Virus record (IMG/VR): IMGVR_UViG_3300020045_001587
Coordinates: 19,725-83,724 of that record
Source: a virus
Lineage: Duplodnaviria; Caudoviricetes
Direction: 5' to 3' (one strand)
DNA length: 64,000 nucleotides
The translations under genes and the position numbers were made by a program. Shown piece after piece: positions 47,402 through 56,651 of this stretch; position 1 is the stretch's first letter; each line of letters opens with the position of its first letter. The notes under the pieces are model-generated. The model was not told the origin of the DNA, searched no databases, and saw only the letters and a program-made list of their open reading frames with translations.

Positions 47402-47695
47402 TTACTCCTGCACTACTGCGATGGAACCACTAGTATCAGCACAGTATGCCCACAACCCTGCTGCTGACGATGCTACTGAAATAGTTGAGCCAAATATACC
47501 GCAAGGATACACAGGAACTCCTTTAGGTGCTCCGCTAGTTACAGCAGCGGGGCTAGTCGCTTGGGCTGAGACGTAGAAAGAATTACTCCCTTTATTAATA
47601 ATTACTACTGCTGTACCTACAGCAATTCCCGATAGAGCATAAATATCAACCCATTGCTTACTTGGGACTGGTACATCATTTCTAGTATCTGCCAT
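47402..47695 (-). CDS. virion structural protein, hypothetical
   Basis: SD GAGG; beta-rich. Confidence 0.65.
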   Translation of the reverse strand: MADTRNDVPVPSKQWVDIYALSGIAVGTAVVIINKGSNSFYVSAQATSPAAVTSGAPKGVPVYPCGIFGSTISVASSAAGLWAYCADTSGSIAVVQE

Positions 47696-47705
47696 ACATT
47701 CCTCA

Positions 47706-48104
47706 TCAACATCTTATCATAAATCTATACAAAATTACATTTATAGCATCTGGGTTAGCTTCTTGCATACTCTCAATTTTGTACACAATGCTTCCGATTC
47801 TAACTCTGTCACTTGTCGTGTCAATTTCTAATGGAGCTACTAAGCTATCCACCTTATTTGGCGGGAATAGAAACAACTCCTTATCTCCTGCCAATATTTC
47901 TTTGCCAGAAATACTTGACAATCCTCTTGAGTCTCTGGTAAGATCAAGTAAGATTGCTTTGCAAGGAATTTCAACTGTTGTCGTTGTAAATTCGCTTGTT
48001 GTAGTGTCGTATGCACCTTGAGTATATTTTGTGTAATAAACTGTAAGTGGATCATCTGCCATGAACTCGAGAATGCTTTTAAGGAAGTCCGATTCTGCTC
48101 TCAT
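47706..48104 (-). CDS. head closure protein
   Basis: G.YD..T...I..GDK.L..Y.L.IR pattern. Confidence 0.75.
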   Translation of the reverse strand: MRAESDFLKSILEFMADDPLTVYYTKYTQGAYDTTTSEFTTTTVEIPCKAILLDLTRDSRGLSSISGKEILAGDKELFLFPPNKVDSLVAPLEIDTTSDRVRIGSIVYKIESMQEANPDAINVILYRFMIRC

Positions 48105-48556
48105 TACACTAACCCACCAAAACCAAATCTACTACCATCATTAGGAGAGCGTTCGGCATCAATTGCAAGCTGTTGTGATTCTGTACCGTTGTAATAATTT
48201 CGTTTCCAATCATATACAAAGTCTACAATATCATTAGAGCCGTCACCTGTAGCCATGTATGGGATTGGGCTAATACCAGAGTATGCTGGGTCTTTGATAA
48301 TCTTTTCTAGGAATTTCAAATACGATGAGAATGCTTCATTTCCCCATACCTCTAGTTGTAAGCCCATTTTTCGGTGTGTCTTTTGGCTAAGAATTCCGAG
48401 AATATAGCTACCAAGTATTGTTGTGCAACGTTGCAAATTATTATCGTTATCTAAAAGTGTCTGTTGGTACACAGAACTTGGAAGCAATTCAATATCACTC
48501 CAGTCACTTAACCTCAGTCGGAGCTTTCCTTCATTTGTTGTGGGGTCGATTATCAT
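48104..48556 (-). CDS. head-tail adaptor/head completion protein
   Basis: IDPTT..GKLRLRLSD..D...L; follows the MCP. Confidence 0.75.
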   Translation of the reverse strand: MIIDPTTNEGKLRLRLSDWSDIELLPSSVYQQTLLDNDNNLQRCTTILGSYILGILSQKTHRKMGLQLEVWGNEAFSSYLKFLEKIIKDPAYSGISPIPYMATGDGSNDIVDFVYDWKRNYYNGTESQQLAIDAERSPNDGSRFGFGGLV

Positions 48557-48606
48557 TCACTTCTCCTTTAATCTTTATTGAAGCACCCTATTTCTAAGAT
48601 GCTTTG

Positions 48607-48629
48607 TAAAGAGCCGGATTATTTCCGGC
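48607..48629 (-). terminator. intrinsic terminator after the MCP
   Basis: GCCGGA-AATAA-TCCGGC-TCTTTA. Confidence 0.6.
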
Positions 48630-48636
48630 GAATTAC

Positions 48637-49677
48637 TTAGTTACTTGAGCTAATTGCAATACTAGTGCGCGGAGCGGTTGAGAAGTACAGAGGGCTGGCC
48701 TCCAATTCAAACTCGACCCACTCATCACGTTCATCCAAGTAGGTACGGACAAACAGTTCTTGACCGGGTTGATTAGCTTCCGACAGTTTAGCCGAAGGGC
48801 CAGTGTAACCACGGAACAGACCACGTACACCTGTAGGCAGAGCCAGACCAGTAGATGCACCAAATGCCAACTCAGTGGTGCCATCTGGCAGATTGAAGGT
48901 TGCGTCATACGACACAAATGTCACGCCACGGTGCTCAAACACATCCTGAATACCATAAGCCATGTAACGCGATAGATCATCACGCAATACTTGCTTACCA
49001 GAGTTCATGTAATATTGATAAGCATTCTTCATGTTAGGATGCGAAATTAGTTTATCAAAGAACTCAGGATCAACCATAACTTGAACGCCAGTCATGGAGC
49101 CGCCATTAATCATGGCCTTAGCCATCTTAGTCTTCATTTCACGAATCTTAGCGTCAATATTCGTAGTTGAAGTACCAAGAACGAAGTCTACGGTTTGTTG
49201 GCTAACACCGAACTCAGTAAACATATTTGCCACAACAACACCATCTGGGGTCTTGAAGATACCTTTCAGGGCTTGCAGCTTCATGTACTCTTGGGTTTGA
49301 TCCCAAGTACGGCGCATGTCAAGCATCTTTTCACCAGTGGCACGAGCAATCGACTCGTTGTCAGTCGAACCCGGAACACGCCAGCCTTGAATGTCATCGC
49401 TAGTCAGACGATCAGCATGTTTGAAGTATGCCAGTTTCAGGGCGAAGGTATCAGCAGTGCGTTCTTTGCCTTGCGTAGCAGCTTTATCGCCACGATTTAC
49501 TTGCGGCAGCAGGGTAGTTGTGGCATAATCTTTGTCAAAGATGATAGCTGTCTGTGAAGTAGAACGAGTATCAAACAGATTGAGGCTATTGATGTAGCCG
49601 TATTGCAGAGATGCTTCCGAAATGCCTTCTACGAAGTCAGAGTTCTTGAAGCTATTGAAGTATGAACGAATATCCAT
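48637..49677 (-). CDS. major capsid protein (lambda gpE-like family)
   Basis: T.EYMKLQALKG..DG.V..NMF.EFG; ELEASPLY...PR. Confidence 0.95.
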   Translation of the reverse strand: MDIRSYFNSFKNSDFVEGISEASLQYGYINSLNLFDTRSTSQTAIIFDKDYATTTLLPQVNRGDKAATQGKERTADTFALKLAYFKHADRLTSDDIQGWRVPGSTDNESIARATGEKMLDMRRTWDQTQEYMKLQALKGIFKTPDGVVVANMFTEFGVSQQTVDFVLGTSTTNIDAKIREMKTKMAKAMINGGSMTGVQVMVDPEFFDKLISHPNMKNAYQYYMNSGKQVLRDDLSRYMAYGIQDVFEHRGVTFVSYDATFNLPDGTTELAFGASTGLALPTGVRGLFRGYTGPSAKLSEANQPGQELFVRTYLDERDEWVEFELEASPLYFSTAPRTSIAISSSN

Positions 49678-49702
49678 TTATGTTTCCTATTCTTATTAGT
49701 TA

Positions 49703-50371
49703 TTAGACGCGAGTACGGTTGACAATACGACGACCATTCAATTTGTCGAGTACGGTGGTTTTTTGTGCAGTCGTCAGAGCATCTTTGTACAGCAGGGAAG
49801 CACCAACAACACCAGCCCAACCACGCGAAAGAATAGTCATGGAATAGTCCGTAGCATTTGTCAGAGAAGGAACGTCTTGGACAGTTTCAATCAGGACGGC
49901 AACGGCATCAACTAGAGTGATGATGTCAGCAGCAGCTACCCATTTATATTTGTAAGTGCCAGACACTGCTACGGTGAAGGAGTCACCCGCTACAGCAGCA
50001 GTACCGCCAGCGGTAATAGTGAAGCCAAGGCCAGCAGTTTTGATATTAACAGCAGTTCCAGTTGCGCCAGAAACTACAAGAGCACCACTTGGATTATAGA
50101 CGTTGAATGCAGTAGCTGCTGTGAACACAACACGATAGTTGCCAACAACTGCCGGGTCTGCTACAGTGATAGTGCCAAAGGTGGGATTGCCAGTATTGGT
50201 ATCTGCGGTTGCTACAGCGGTGCCAGAGGTAATGGACCGGCGAAGAACAGCACCAACATCCATACCAGTTTCCATAGTCACCGTGACGGTTTCACGGCAA
50301 ACGCCATATGATGCTTCGTCTTCAAAGGCCAGAACACCTGACAGTTTATTACTGCGAGTTGCAAGTTTCAT
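49703..50371 (-). CDS. head decoration protein with inserted beta domain
   Basis: Directly upstream of the MCP; RETVTV..G.VL..A.AVL..RG.A. Confidence 0.8.
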   Translation of the reverse strand: MKLATRSNKLSGVLAFEDEASYGVCRETVTVTMETGMDVGAVLRRSITSGTAVATADTNTGNPTFGTITVADPAVVGNYRVVFTAATAFNVYNPSGALVVSGATGTAVNIKTAGLGFTITAGGTAAVAGDSFTVAVSGTYKYKWVAAADIITLVDAVAVLIETVQDVPSLTNATDYSMTILSRGWAGVVGASLLYKDALTTAQKTTVLDKLNGRRIVNRTRV

Positions 50372-50379
50372 ATTTATTC

Positions 50380-51051
50380 CTATTTAAAATTAGATTTGAA
50401 AGAAACCCAGTGAGGGTCTTCAAGAGGTATCCATCCACACTCAAACATATTGAATATGGATATCAGTTTACAATACTCACAAGATAGAACTCGTGAAGCT
50501 TTTGTTTGGTTTTTCTCAGCAAGATATACTTTGTAGATTCTTTCTGCGTCTAACCATGTCTTCTTATCAGCACGAGGGTTTTCCCAAGGCTTTCTTTTTG
50601 GACGATTCTTTGCAGAGACTGACATTTTGTTTCTGCTATCTTCAGAGTATTTTCTACCCTTACCAGCCTCAGAAATCCTACGTCGAGTTTCCTCAGTTAC
50701 TATGCAGTTTTGCTTAGACTTTCTTAACTTCTCTTTTACATGCTCAGGCATTGGAATACCTAAAGATGGTGCAACACCTCCAATACCATGATTCCAGCCA
50801 ATATTTTCAGAACTTCGTAGTTTATTTTCTATCAATAAACAATAGTCATTACTACCTTCAAGTAAAGTTTCAAAAACCAACTTGTCCCCATATTTTCTGA
50901 TAGCATGTGATAACCTTCTTTTACCTCCGTTTTTAGCTTCTGTTCTGTGAGAACTCCACCTATATGACGGCTTGGTAGAAGTATATCCAACATAGCCTTG
51001 TGATGTAATATCAGTGTGGTCTTTTAAGTGTATCCAATACACATAAGCCAT
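50380..51051 (-). CDS. GIY-YIG homing endonuclease with NUMOD3 repeats
   Basis: YVYWI..QGYVG..RWSSH..E..GWN..GG; TEETRRRISEA.KGRK.SEDSR.KMS. Confidence 0.85.
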   Translation of the reverse strand: MAYVYWIHLKDHTDITSQGYVGYTSTKPSYRWSSHRTEAKNGGKRRLSHAIRKYGDKLVFETLLEGSNDYCLLIENKLRSSENIGWNHGIGGVAPSLGIPMPEHVKEKLRKSKQNCIVTEETRRRISEAGKGRKYSEDSRNKMSVSAKNRPKRKPWENPRADKKTWLDAERIYKVYLAEKNQTKASRVLSCEYCKLISIFNMFECGWIPLEDPHWVSFKSNFK

Positions 51052-51052
51052 A

Positions 51053-51556
51053 TTATTTTTGTTTGATAAATTGTTTAAAGTGCGTAGGCTTTACGTCCAC
51101 TTCCGTAGCAGCAGTCAGACCTTTTTCTTGAAAGACTTCTGATTTGGCTTCAGCTTCAAAGCTGTTTGCGAAAGCACCAACAATAGCTTCAAAAGACGCA
51201 TCATCAAGATTAGCGGTTGCAGCCAAAACTTCTTCTGATTTTGCACTACCAAGCGTTGCTTCAACTCGCTCTCGGCGGGCTTGTGCTTTATCAGCCATAG
51301 CTTTAGCGAGAACGTCTGCTTTCTCTTTTTCGATTGCACTGAATGCAGTTTTCAGCGTATTCAGTTCAGCAATCATTTGTGCATTTTCAGCTTGGATTGC
51401 GGTCAGTTGCGAAGTAGCCGATTCTAGTTGTGCAGTCAGGTCGGCGTTTTTATTATCAACAACCAACTCTGGTTGCCCCTCTTTAGCGGTCATATCTACT
51501 TCCTCTTGTGTTGTGCCTTCCGGCGCTTTAAAAAATCGTTTAAGGTGGTCTAGCAT
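51053..51556 (-). CDS. capsid scaffolding protein
   Basis: Ala/Glu/Lys-rich coiled coil between protease and decoration genes. Confidence 0.7.
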   Translation of the reverse strand: MLDHLKRFFKAPEGTTQEEVDMTAKEGQPELVVDNKNADLTAQLESATSQLTAIQAENAQMIAELNTLKTAFSAIEKEKADVLAKAMADKAQARRERVEATLGSAKSEEVLAATANLDDASFEAIVGAFANSFEAEAKSEVFQEKGLTAATEVDVKPTHFKQFIKQK

Positions 51557-51558
51557 CT

Positions 51559-52398
51559 TTACTCCTTTGGCTCAGCAAGGTAAGCTGAAAATTGTTTGTG
51601 GTCAAGAATCTTGTTTACCAAGCCTAACTCAAGTGCCTTCTCTGCATGGAATACTTTGGCATCCATTGCCAGAATATCTTCCACAGGGATTCCTGTAAAT
51701 TTAGAAACGTGTGTTGCAAACTCATTACCAAGCCGAGTTACATCTTCTTGAACTGAAGCTAAAAACTCATCTGAGAAACTTCCATCATTTTTGAATGGAG
51801 TTTTGCCGGGGGTAGATGAGATATAGATAGGCTTCAGACCAGCACTCTCTAAGGCTTTACTTTTATCCAGTAGGGCGACTACGCAACCAACAGAACCTGT
51901 TGATGCGGATGGGTGGATAATCACTTCATCAGCAACCACACTTAGAGCAAGGCTAGCTGAAGCTGACAGTGTATCTATATAAGAAATCAGCTTGATTCCT
52001 GATTCATCAGCCATACTGCGTAATTCTTGTGCAGTAGAAAAACAATGGGCTGCTTGACCTCCGGGAGAAGTATGTGTTAAAATAACAGTATCAACGCCAA
52101 GGCTGATCAACTCTGCCATTTGCTCTACAATACCTTGATAGCTAACACCAACAGGTCCACACTCACCCATTACAGGTTGATACGTCAGAACGCCGTCAAT
52201 TTTAATCTCTCCAACGCCACCGACAATCTCTTTTTGTTTGCTTACATCCTTGGCATCTGCTACAATGGCAAACATTGGCATTTCTCCAGCATTGCGCAAT
52301 TGCAGATATTCAATAATTGGATCAAGGGCCGCTTCTGTAACTAGATGTGGAGTGTTCCACACAGAGTCCAGCAAACGCCGAACGGGATTTTTACTCAT
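51559..52398 (-). CDS. S49 family prohead protease
   Basis: SPGG, SASLAL, TGSVGCV, GK. Confidence 0.9.
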   Translation of the reverse strand: MSKNPVRRLLDSVWNTPHLVTEAALDPIIEYLQLRNAGEMPMFAIVADAKDVSKQKEIVGGVGEIKIDGVLTYQPVMGECGPVGVSYQGIVEQMAELISLGVDTVILTHTSPGGQAAHCFSTAQELRSMADESGIKLISYIDTLSASASLALSVVADEVIIHPSASTGSVGCVVALLDKSKALESAGLKPIYISSTPGKTPFKNDGSFSDEFLASVQEDVTRLGNEFATHVSKFTGIPVEDILAMDAKVFHAEKALELGLVNKILDHKQFSAYLAEPKE

Positions 52399-52406
52399 GG
52401 AACTCC

Positions 52407-53873
52407 TTATTTATTATTGGCATTTGCAGCAGAAGCGTCTTTAGCGCCCATCGGAGATTTCCTAGTTCCATCTCCTGCTGTCTTCATACCTTCTCCAGCA
52501 TTTGTTTGTGTTCCAGACATAGCTGCTGGTAGAATTTCTTGATCTACAGCCATATCGTCAGGTAATGGAGGAACACCGAAGATTTCACGCACACGGTTTA
52601 TTACTGGACGGTCCATTTCGATGGCAGAAACTGAAAATACCTGTTGTACAAACTTTCCGTACTTCTCAACATCCAACTTCTCAATATCAGTGCATTCAAA
52701 CGTAGGCATCCGTTCAATGTCCCACCCATTAATTTCATGGATGAAGCGCATCAGGTGCTTGTTAAGAACACACTTAATCTCTTTTAGTCTTGCTGCTATA
52801 GCCCACTCAAGAATCTCGTTACTCTCACCACTACCAACAGCATTGATACTTAGTGCTGTATAAATATCGTCTTGTAGGCCAGTGATGATGCTCTCAATAT
52901 TATTTTTACTATTTCCTTTTTCTTCCATAAGGGAATAGTTGAACATGTTCTGCTTAGACTCTGGGTCAATCTGTTGAGGAACTAAAAGTCCTCTGTTAGT
53001 TCCTTCATTGTGTCCATCAATGATGGCTTTAAATGATTCAGCAGCAACACCTTTATCTGGGGAGTTTTCACCTTGTAGATACTGTGCAGGAACTTCAATT
53101 TTCATAACGCCAGCAGAATCTTTTGCTACAGACAGAAGCTGATTATCTTGCAGCATTGTAAGCTGTTTGTATGACAGATAAATATTACGATAGATTGACG
53201 TACCTTGAGGATTACCACCGTTAGCAGATGCTGTGAATAGCAAGAAGCTATTTCGTGGAAGCGTGATGTTTCCATTTTCATTCAAGTCAAAATTCACCAT
53301 AGAACTATTTTCAATAAGCTGTGGTGACTGCTCGATATGAAGTAATTCACGATTGGCTGGGTCAAATACCCACTTAACAATTGTTTCTTGATTACGGAAG
53401 GCAAGCTTTTTAATCCCTACCAAACCATCATTGTACAAACTACCATTGCGTTTAAGCCTACGGTAGGGTACAATGTTATGGATTGAGTGACCGTAGCGAA
53501 GATAGCTAACAACACTATGAAGGAACGTGTCCCAGCTTTCTTCCATATCGTGCATCATTGTACCAATGAGACGAGCACGCTCAATCTCTTTAGCGTCTGC
53601 ATCAATATGTGGCTTGACAACCCAATCTGGGCGGGTTATCATAAACCTGTAGACATTCATGGCACTGCCAATTGTAGGGTTGGCATCCATTTCAGCAATA
53701 GTTTTGAAGAACTGAGGGAATTGGAAGGATTTATTAGCGTCTTGGATAATTTTACCAGAGGACGTTTTAAGACCTAGAGCGCCAGTTTCCTTTAGTGCCA
53801 TTCTAGGAATAACCATTCCTTCGTCTGGTGATAAAGCTTCTTGTGCGCCCTCTGGCGTCTTTTTACGTGCCAT
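52407..53873 (-). CDS. portal protein
   Basis: 488 aa downstream of TerL; YG.SI..IV..R, NP.G.S.Y.N.Y..Y. Confidence 0.9.
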   Translation of the reverse strand: MARKKTPEGAQEALSPDEGMVIPRMALKETGALGLKTSSGKIIQDANKSFQFPQFFKTIAEMDANPTIGSAMNVYRFMITRPDWVVKPHIDADAKEIERARLIGTMMHDMEESWDTFLHSVVSYLRYGHSIHNIVPYRRLKRNGSLYNDGLVGIKKLAFRNQETIVKWVFDPANRELLHIEQSPQLIENSSMVNFDLNENGNITLPRNSFLLFTASANGGNPQGTSIYRNIYLSYKQLTMLQDNQLLSVAKDSAGVMKIEVPAQYLQGENSPDKGVAAESFKAIIDGHNEGTNRGLLVPQQIDPESKQNMFNYSLMEEKGNSKNNIESIITGLQDDIYTALSINAVGSGESNEILEWAIAARLKEIKCVLNKHLMRFIHEINGWDIERMPTFECTDIEKLDVEKYGKFVQQVFSVSAIEMDRPVINRVREIFGVPPLPDDMAVDQEILPAAMSGTQTNAGEGMKTAGDGTRKSPMGAKDASAANANNK

Positions 53874-53903
53874 TAGGGCGTCTCCTTTTATTAATTGAAA
53901 ATC

Positions 53904-53931
53904 ATTATAACAGAAATTTGTGTATTGTCAA
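53904..53931 (-). promoter_or_regulatory. putative late promoter, 16-bp spacer class
   Basis: TTGACA-ATACACAAATTTCTGT-TATAAT. Confidence 0.75.
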
Positions 53932-53961
53932 TAGGCAATCTTCAATTATTTTGCAATTATG

Positions 53962-55389
53962 TTATAATTTTGGGATAGGTGATGGTTTGGAGAGGGCGGG
54001 AATGGAGAATGTGGGGATTGTTACTGTTCTTGACAACTGGTTGAAAGCTGTACTTGTTGCGTCAGCTTGGTCGTCAGAGTCACCTTTTTTGCCTGTGAAG
54101 AAACAAACCTCATCAAGCCACCAACGATTCCACTCACCTTTTACAAGTTTCACATTATTATTTGCTGCAACGCTTGCGAACGGACCAAATCGAGTCGCTT
54201 TATTAGCGTGAGGGTTCACACCATCCACCCTAGAAGATACACCATGCTCTGCTAGATATGTTGTATAGAATCTTGTAGCTACCTTGCCAGCTTGGCCGGG
54301 GTCAGTTGGAATTATCTGTACAATATCCAAACCATCTTGCCAAGCTGTCTCTTTGATCCCTTTTAGGACACCATCAATCTGCTGTTGAAACCTAACAACA
54401 TCTTCAATGTAGAATGTCCCAAATTCGTCTTTAGACATTAGCACACCAACAGTCCAGTCACATTTAAACTGATTTGCCTCATTAGGTACTGATGCTGCTA
54501 AGTCCCAGCCGCGTACTTTAGACACAGGATTTATTGGAGGGTGGTCTACAATCTCAAACATATCCTCATTTACCATTGAGCTACCTTCGACGGAAGCATA
54601 CCAAGAACCTCTGTATAATCGTAACACGTTGACACGAGGCTGACTCAATAGACGACCAACATATCCGGGGTCAGCCCTCATTAAATCTGTATTATCTGTA
54701 CACAACATAGGGATAAAGCAGAACTTCATAGGTACGAACTCAGTACCCTTCTTCAATCCATTTCCACACTTTTCGTAAAGTTCCTCAGGAGAGTCTGCCC
54801 ATTTCATATGATTGTTTTGGACAACAAAGTAACGAATCTTATCCTCTGTTCCAGGGAGTGGAACACCCTCTTGATCTAGTGAAAACTCGACCCACGGTAG
54901 CAAAAAACTTGTTTTTGATGGGTTGCAAGTAATTAGGATTGACATCTTACCTTTATACGTTGCACTACGAAGACGACTCATAATAGCCAGAATATCTTCT
55001 TGCTGAAACTCAGCACCTTCGTCTACGATGAAGTGTGTGCGTTCCCATCCCTGTACCTCATACAAGTCCCTAGGCATCGCTTTGAAGTCAATCTCAGCAC
55101 CATTTGGGAACACCCATGTTCGGGCTTGTGTCTTGTATGTAGCTCCGAAATGCGGGCAAATTTGTTTGGATGCACTAATCAAATCTTTTAGCATAGGGTA
55201 AGATAATCGCAAGATCATTACCTTTGCAGCACTATCAGAGCTAGCCCACATTGCTGCTTTTAATACTGCAAGGAAAGATTTTCCTGAGCCTGCGCCGCCA
55301 CCTGTTAGCAGTATGTCAACTTCTTTTTCTTGTAGTACAATTTTTTGTTTTATGCTTCCGGGCCTGAATACTTTACGTTCTCGTGTCAT
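53962..55389 (-). CDS. terL: terminase large subunit
   Basis: Walker A GGGAGSGKS, Walker B IVDEG, TCNP, nuclease GWDLAAS and DDQADA. Confidence 0.95.
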   Translation of the reverse strand: MTRERKVFRPGSIKQKIVLQEKEVDILLTGGGAGSGKSFLAVLKAAMWASSDSAAKVMILRLSYPMLKDLISASKQICPHFGATYKTQARTWVFPNGAEIDFKAMPRDLYEVQGWERTHFIVDEGAEFQQEDILAIMSRLRSATYKGKMSILITCNPSKTSFLLPWVEFSLDQEGVPLPGTEDKIRYFVVQNNHMKWADSPEELYEKCGNGLKKGTEFVPMKFCFIPMLCTDNTDLMRADPGYVGRLLSQPRVNVLRLYRGSWYASVEGSSMVNEDMFEIVDHPPINPVSKVRGWDLAASVPNEANQFKCDWTVGVLMSKDEFGTFYIEDVVRFQQQIDGVLKGIKETAWQDGLDIVQIIPTDPGQAGKVATRFYTTYLAEHGVSSRVDGVNPHANKATRFGPFASVAANNNVKLVKGEWNRWWLDEVCFFTGKKGDSDDQADATSTAFNQLSRTVTIPTFSIPALSKPSPIPKL

Positions 55390-55411
55390 ACCTCTCCTTT
55401 GTTACTAACAA

Positions 55412-55445
55412 CAAAAGCAAGCCTACCATTTCTGATAAGCTTGCT
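55412..55445 (-). terminator. hairpin with U-tract between the HNH gene and terL
   Basis: AGCAAGC...GCTTGCT-TTTG. Confidence 0.45.
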
Positions 55446-55450
55446 GTAAA

Positions 55451-56017
55451 CTAAATTACATCTTTATAGCTCTGCCCTATAATAACATCACTAACTACAT
55501 GATGACCTACTCCTAATTTCTTAGCTATTGCTCTACAACCATTAACTTTGCAGCCTCGTTTGTAGTTTTCTCGTATGTATCTTACCTGGTCTGCAGTTAA
55601 TTTAGCAACAGTGCTCTGTAAGCCCCTTGTCCCTTTACCCGGTATATAGTATCCAGAATTTAACATATCTTGTGAATTATCTTTATAAGTTCCCCACAAA
55701 AGGTTATTTGCACAATTATTATCTTTGTTATTGTCAATGTGACGAACAATAACTACACCATACACTGTCTTAGAACATTCTTGAATTAAATCTTCAGAAG
55801 GAGGCTCCAAAAACGCTTCAGCAACTAGCCGGTGTACTCGGAATGTATTTGCTTTAGATTTTCTTCCACTAAGCCTTGTTGTGAATATCCAGTATCCTGT
55901 CTTGTTTTTACGAGTTTTTAAAATTTTTGAACTTCTTTTTGTGTAAATACGTCCTAAGTTAGATACCATAAAATACTGTTCAAAACCTACAACGTCTTTC
56001 CAAACTTCTTCTTGCAT
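55451..56017 (-). CDS. NUMOD4-HNH homing endonuclease with C-terminal HTH
   Basis: EVWKDVVGFE.Y.VSNLGR; VHRLVAEAF; VRHIDNNKDNN..NL.W. Confidence 0.9.
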   Translation of the reverse strand: MQEEVWKDVVGFEQYFMVSNLGRIYTKRSSKILKTRKNKTGYWIFTTRLSGRKSKANTFRVHRLVAEAFLEPPSEDLIQECSKTVYGVVIVRHIDNNKDNNCANNLLWGTYKDNSQDMLNSGYYIPGKGTRGLQSTVAKLTADQVRYIRENYKRGCKVNGCRAIAKKLGVGHHVVSDVIIGQSYKDVI

Positions 56018-56112
56018 TGTAACCATCCTCATGGTTGTTATAAATCTTCTTAGAATAACAGCCTCAACAAGCGGAGGATGGCAGACGCCAAGGCTGCTAA
56101 TATAAGAAGACT

Positions 56113-56200
56113 AGGAAAATATCCGATTCGAACGGATGGAAGGCTATAAACCTTCGACAGTTTTCAAGACTGTAGCCTTAAACCACTCAGCCAATTTTCC
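56113..56200 (-). tRNA. tRNA-Ser(UGA), CCA not encoded
   Basis: GGAAAAT/ATTTTCC acceptor; ACAGT-CTTGAAA-ACTGT; long variable arm; TTCGAAT. Confidence 0.9.
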
Positions 56201-56324
56201 ACTGATTGTGTACATACCACGCGACCTTGTATTGCACACGCGAGACGGCTTACCCCATCCCCTCACCACTACCTGTTCACGTTATTCACACAAACAAATT
56301 CTTACGCACCACCTAAACCTTCCA

Positions 56325-56471
56325 TCATGCCACCTTCAATTCCAAAGGAGTGCTGTTAATCTTTGTCAGCAACTCATCAACTTTCGTAGCAGCCTCAACT
56401 AGCTCATCTACTAGAGCTTTAAACTCAGCTACATTACTAGACACAGTAATTTTGGTATTATCTGCATTCAT
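56325..56471 (-). CDS. 48-aa helical protein within the tRNA locus
   Basis: SD AAGGAG; MNADNTKITVSSN... Confidence 0.6.
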   Translation of the reverse strand: MNADNTKITVSSNVAEFKALVDELVEAATKVDELLTKINSTPLELKVA

Positions 56472-56576
56472 ACTTCTCTCCTTAGTTAAAACAACCTTAC
56501 AAAGCTCTTATAGCTTCGCTCAACTCAAATGCCCGGAGAGTAGGACTCACATTAAGGAGCGAAGCTATAAAAACTC

Positions 56577-56651
56577 TGGAGCATCCTGAGAGTACCGATC
56601 TCTCGTCCTTGTGCTTGGAAGGCACTCGCTCCACCATTGAGCTAAGGATGC
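56577..56651 (-). tRNA. tRNA-Gly(UCC)
   Basis: GCATCCT/AGGATGC plus UCCA; loop CTTCCAA; atypical T-loop ATCGGTA. Confidence 0.85.

Noticed and set aside
37564-51698. Many plus-strand ORFs of 60-180 aa opposite the structural genes
   Set aside because: Antisense shadow ORFs without SD or recognisable motifs.
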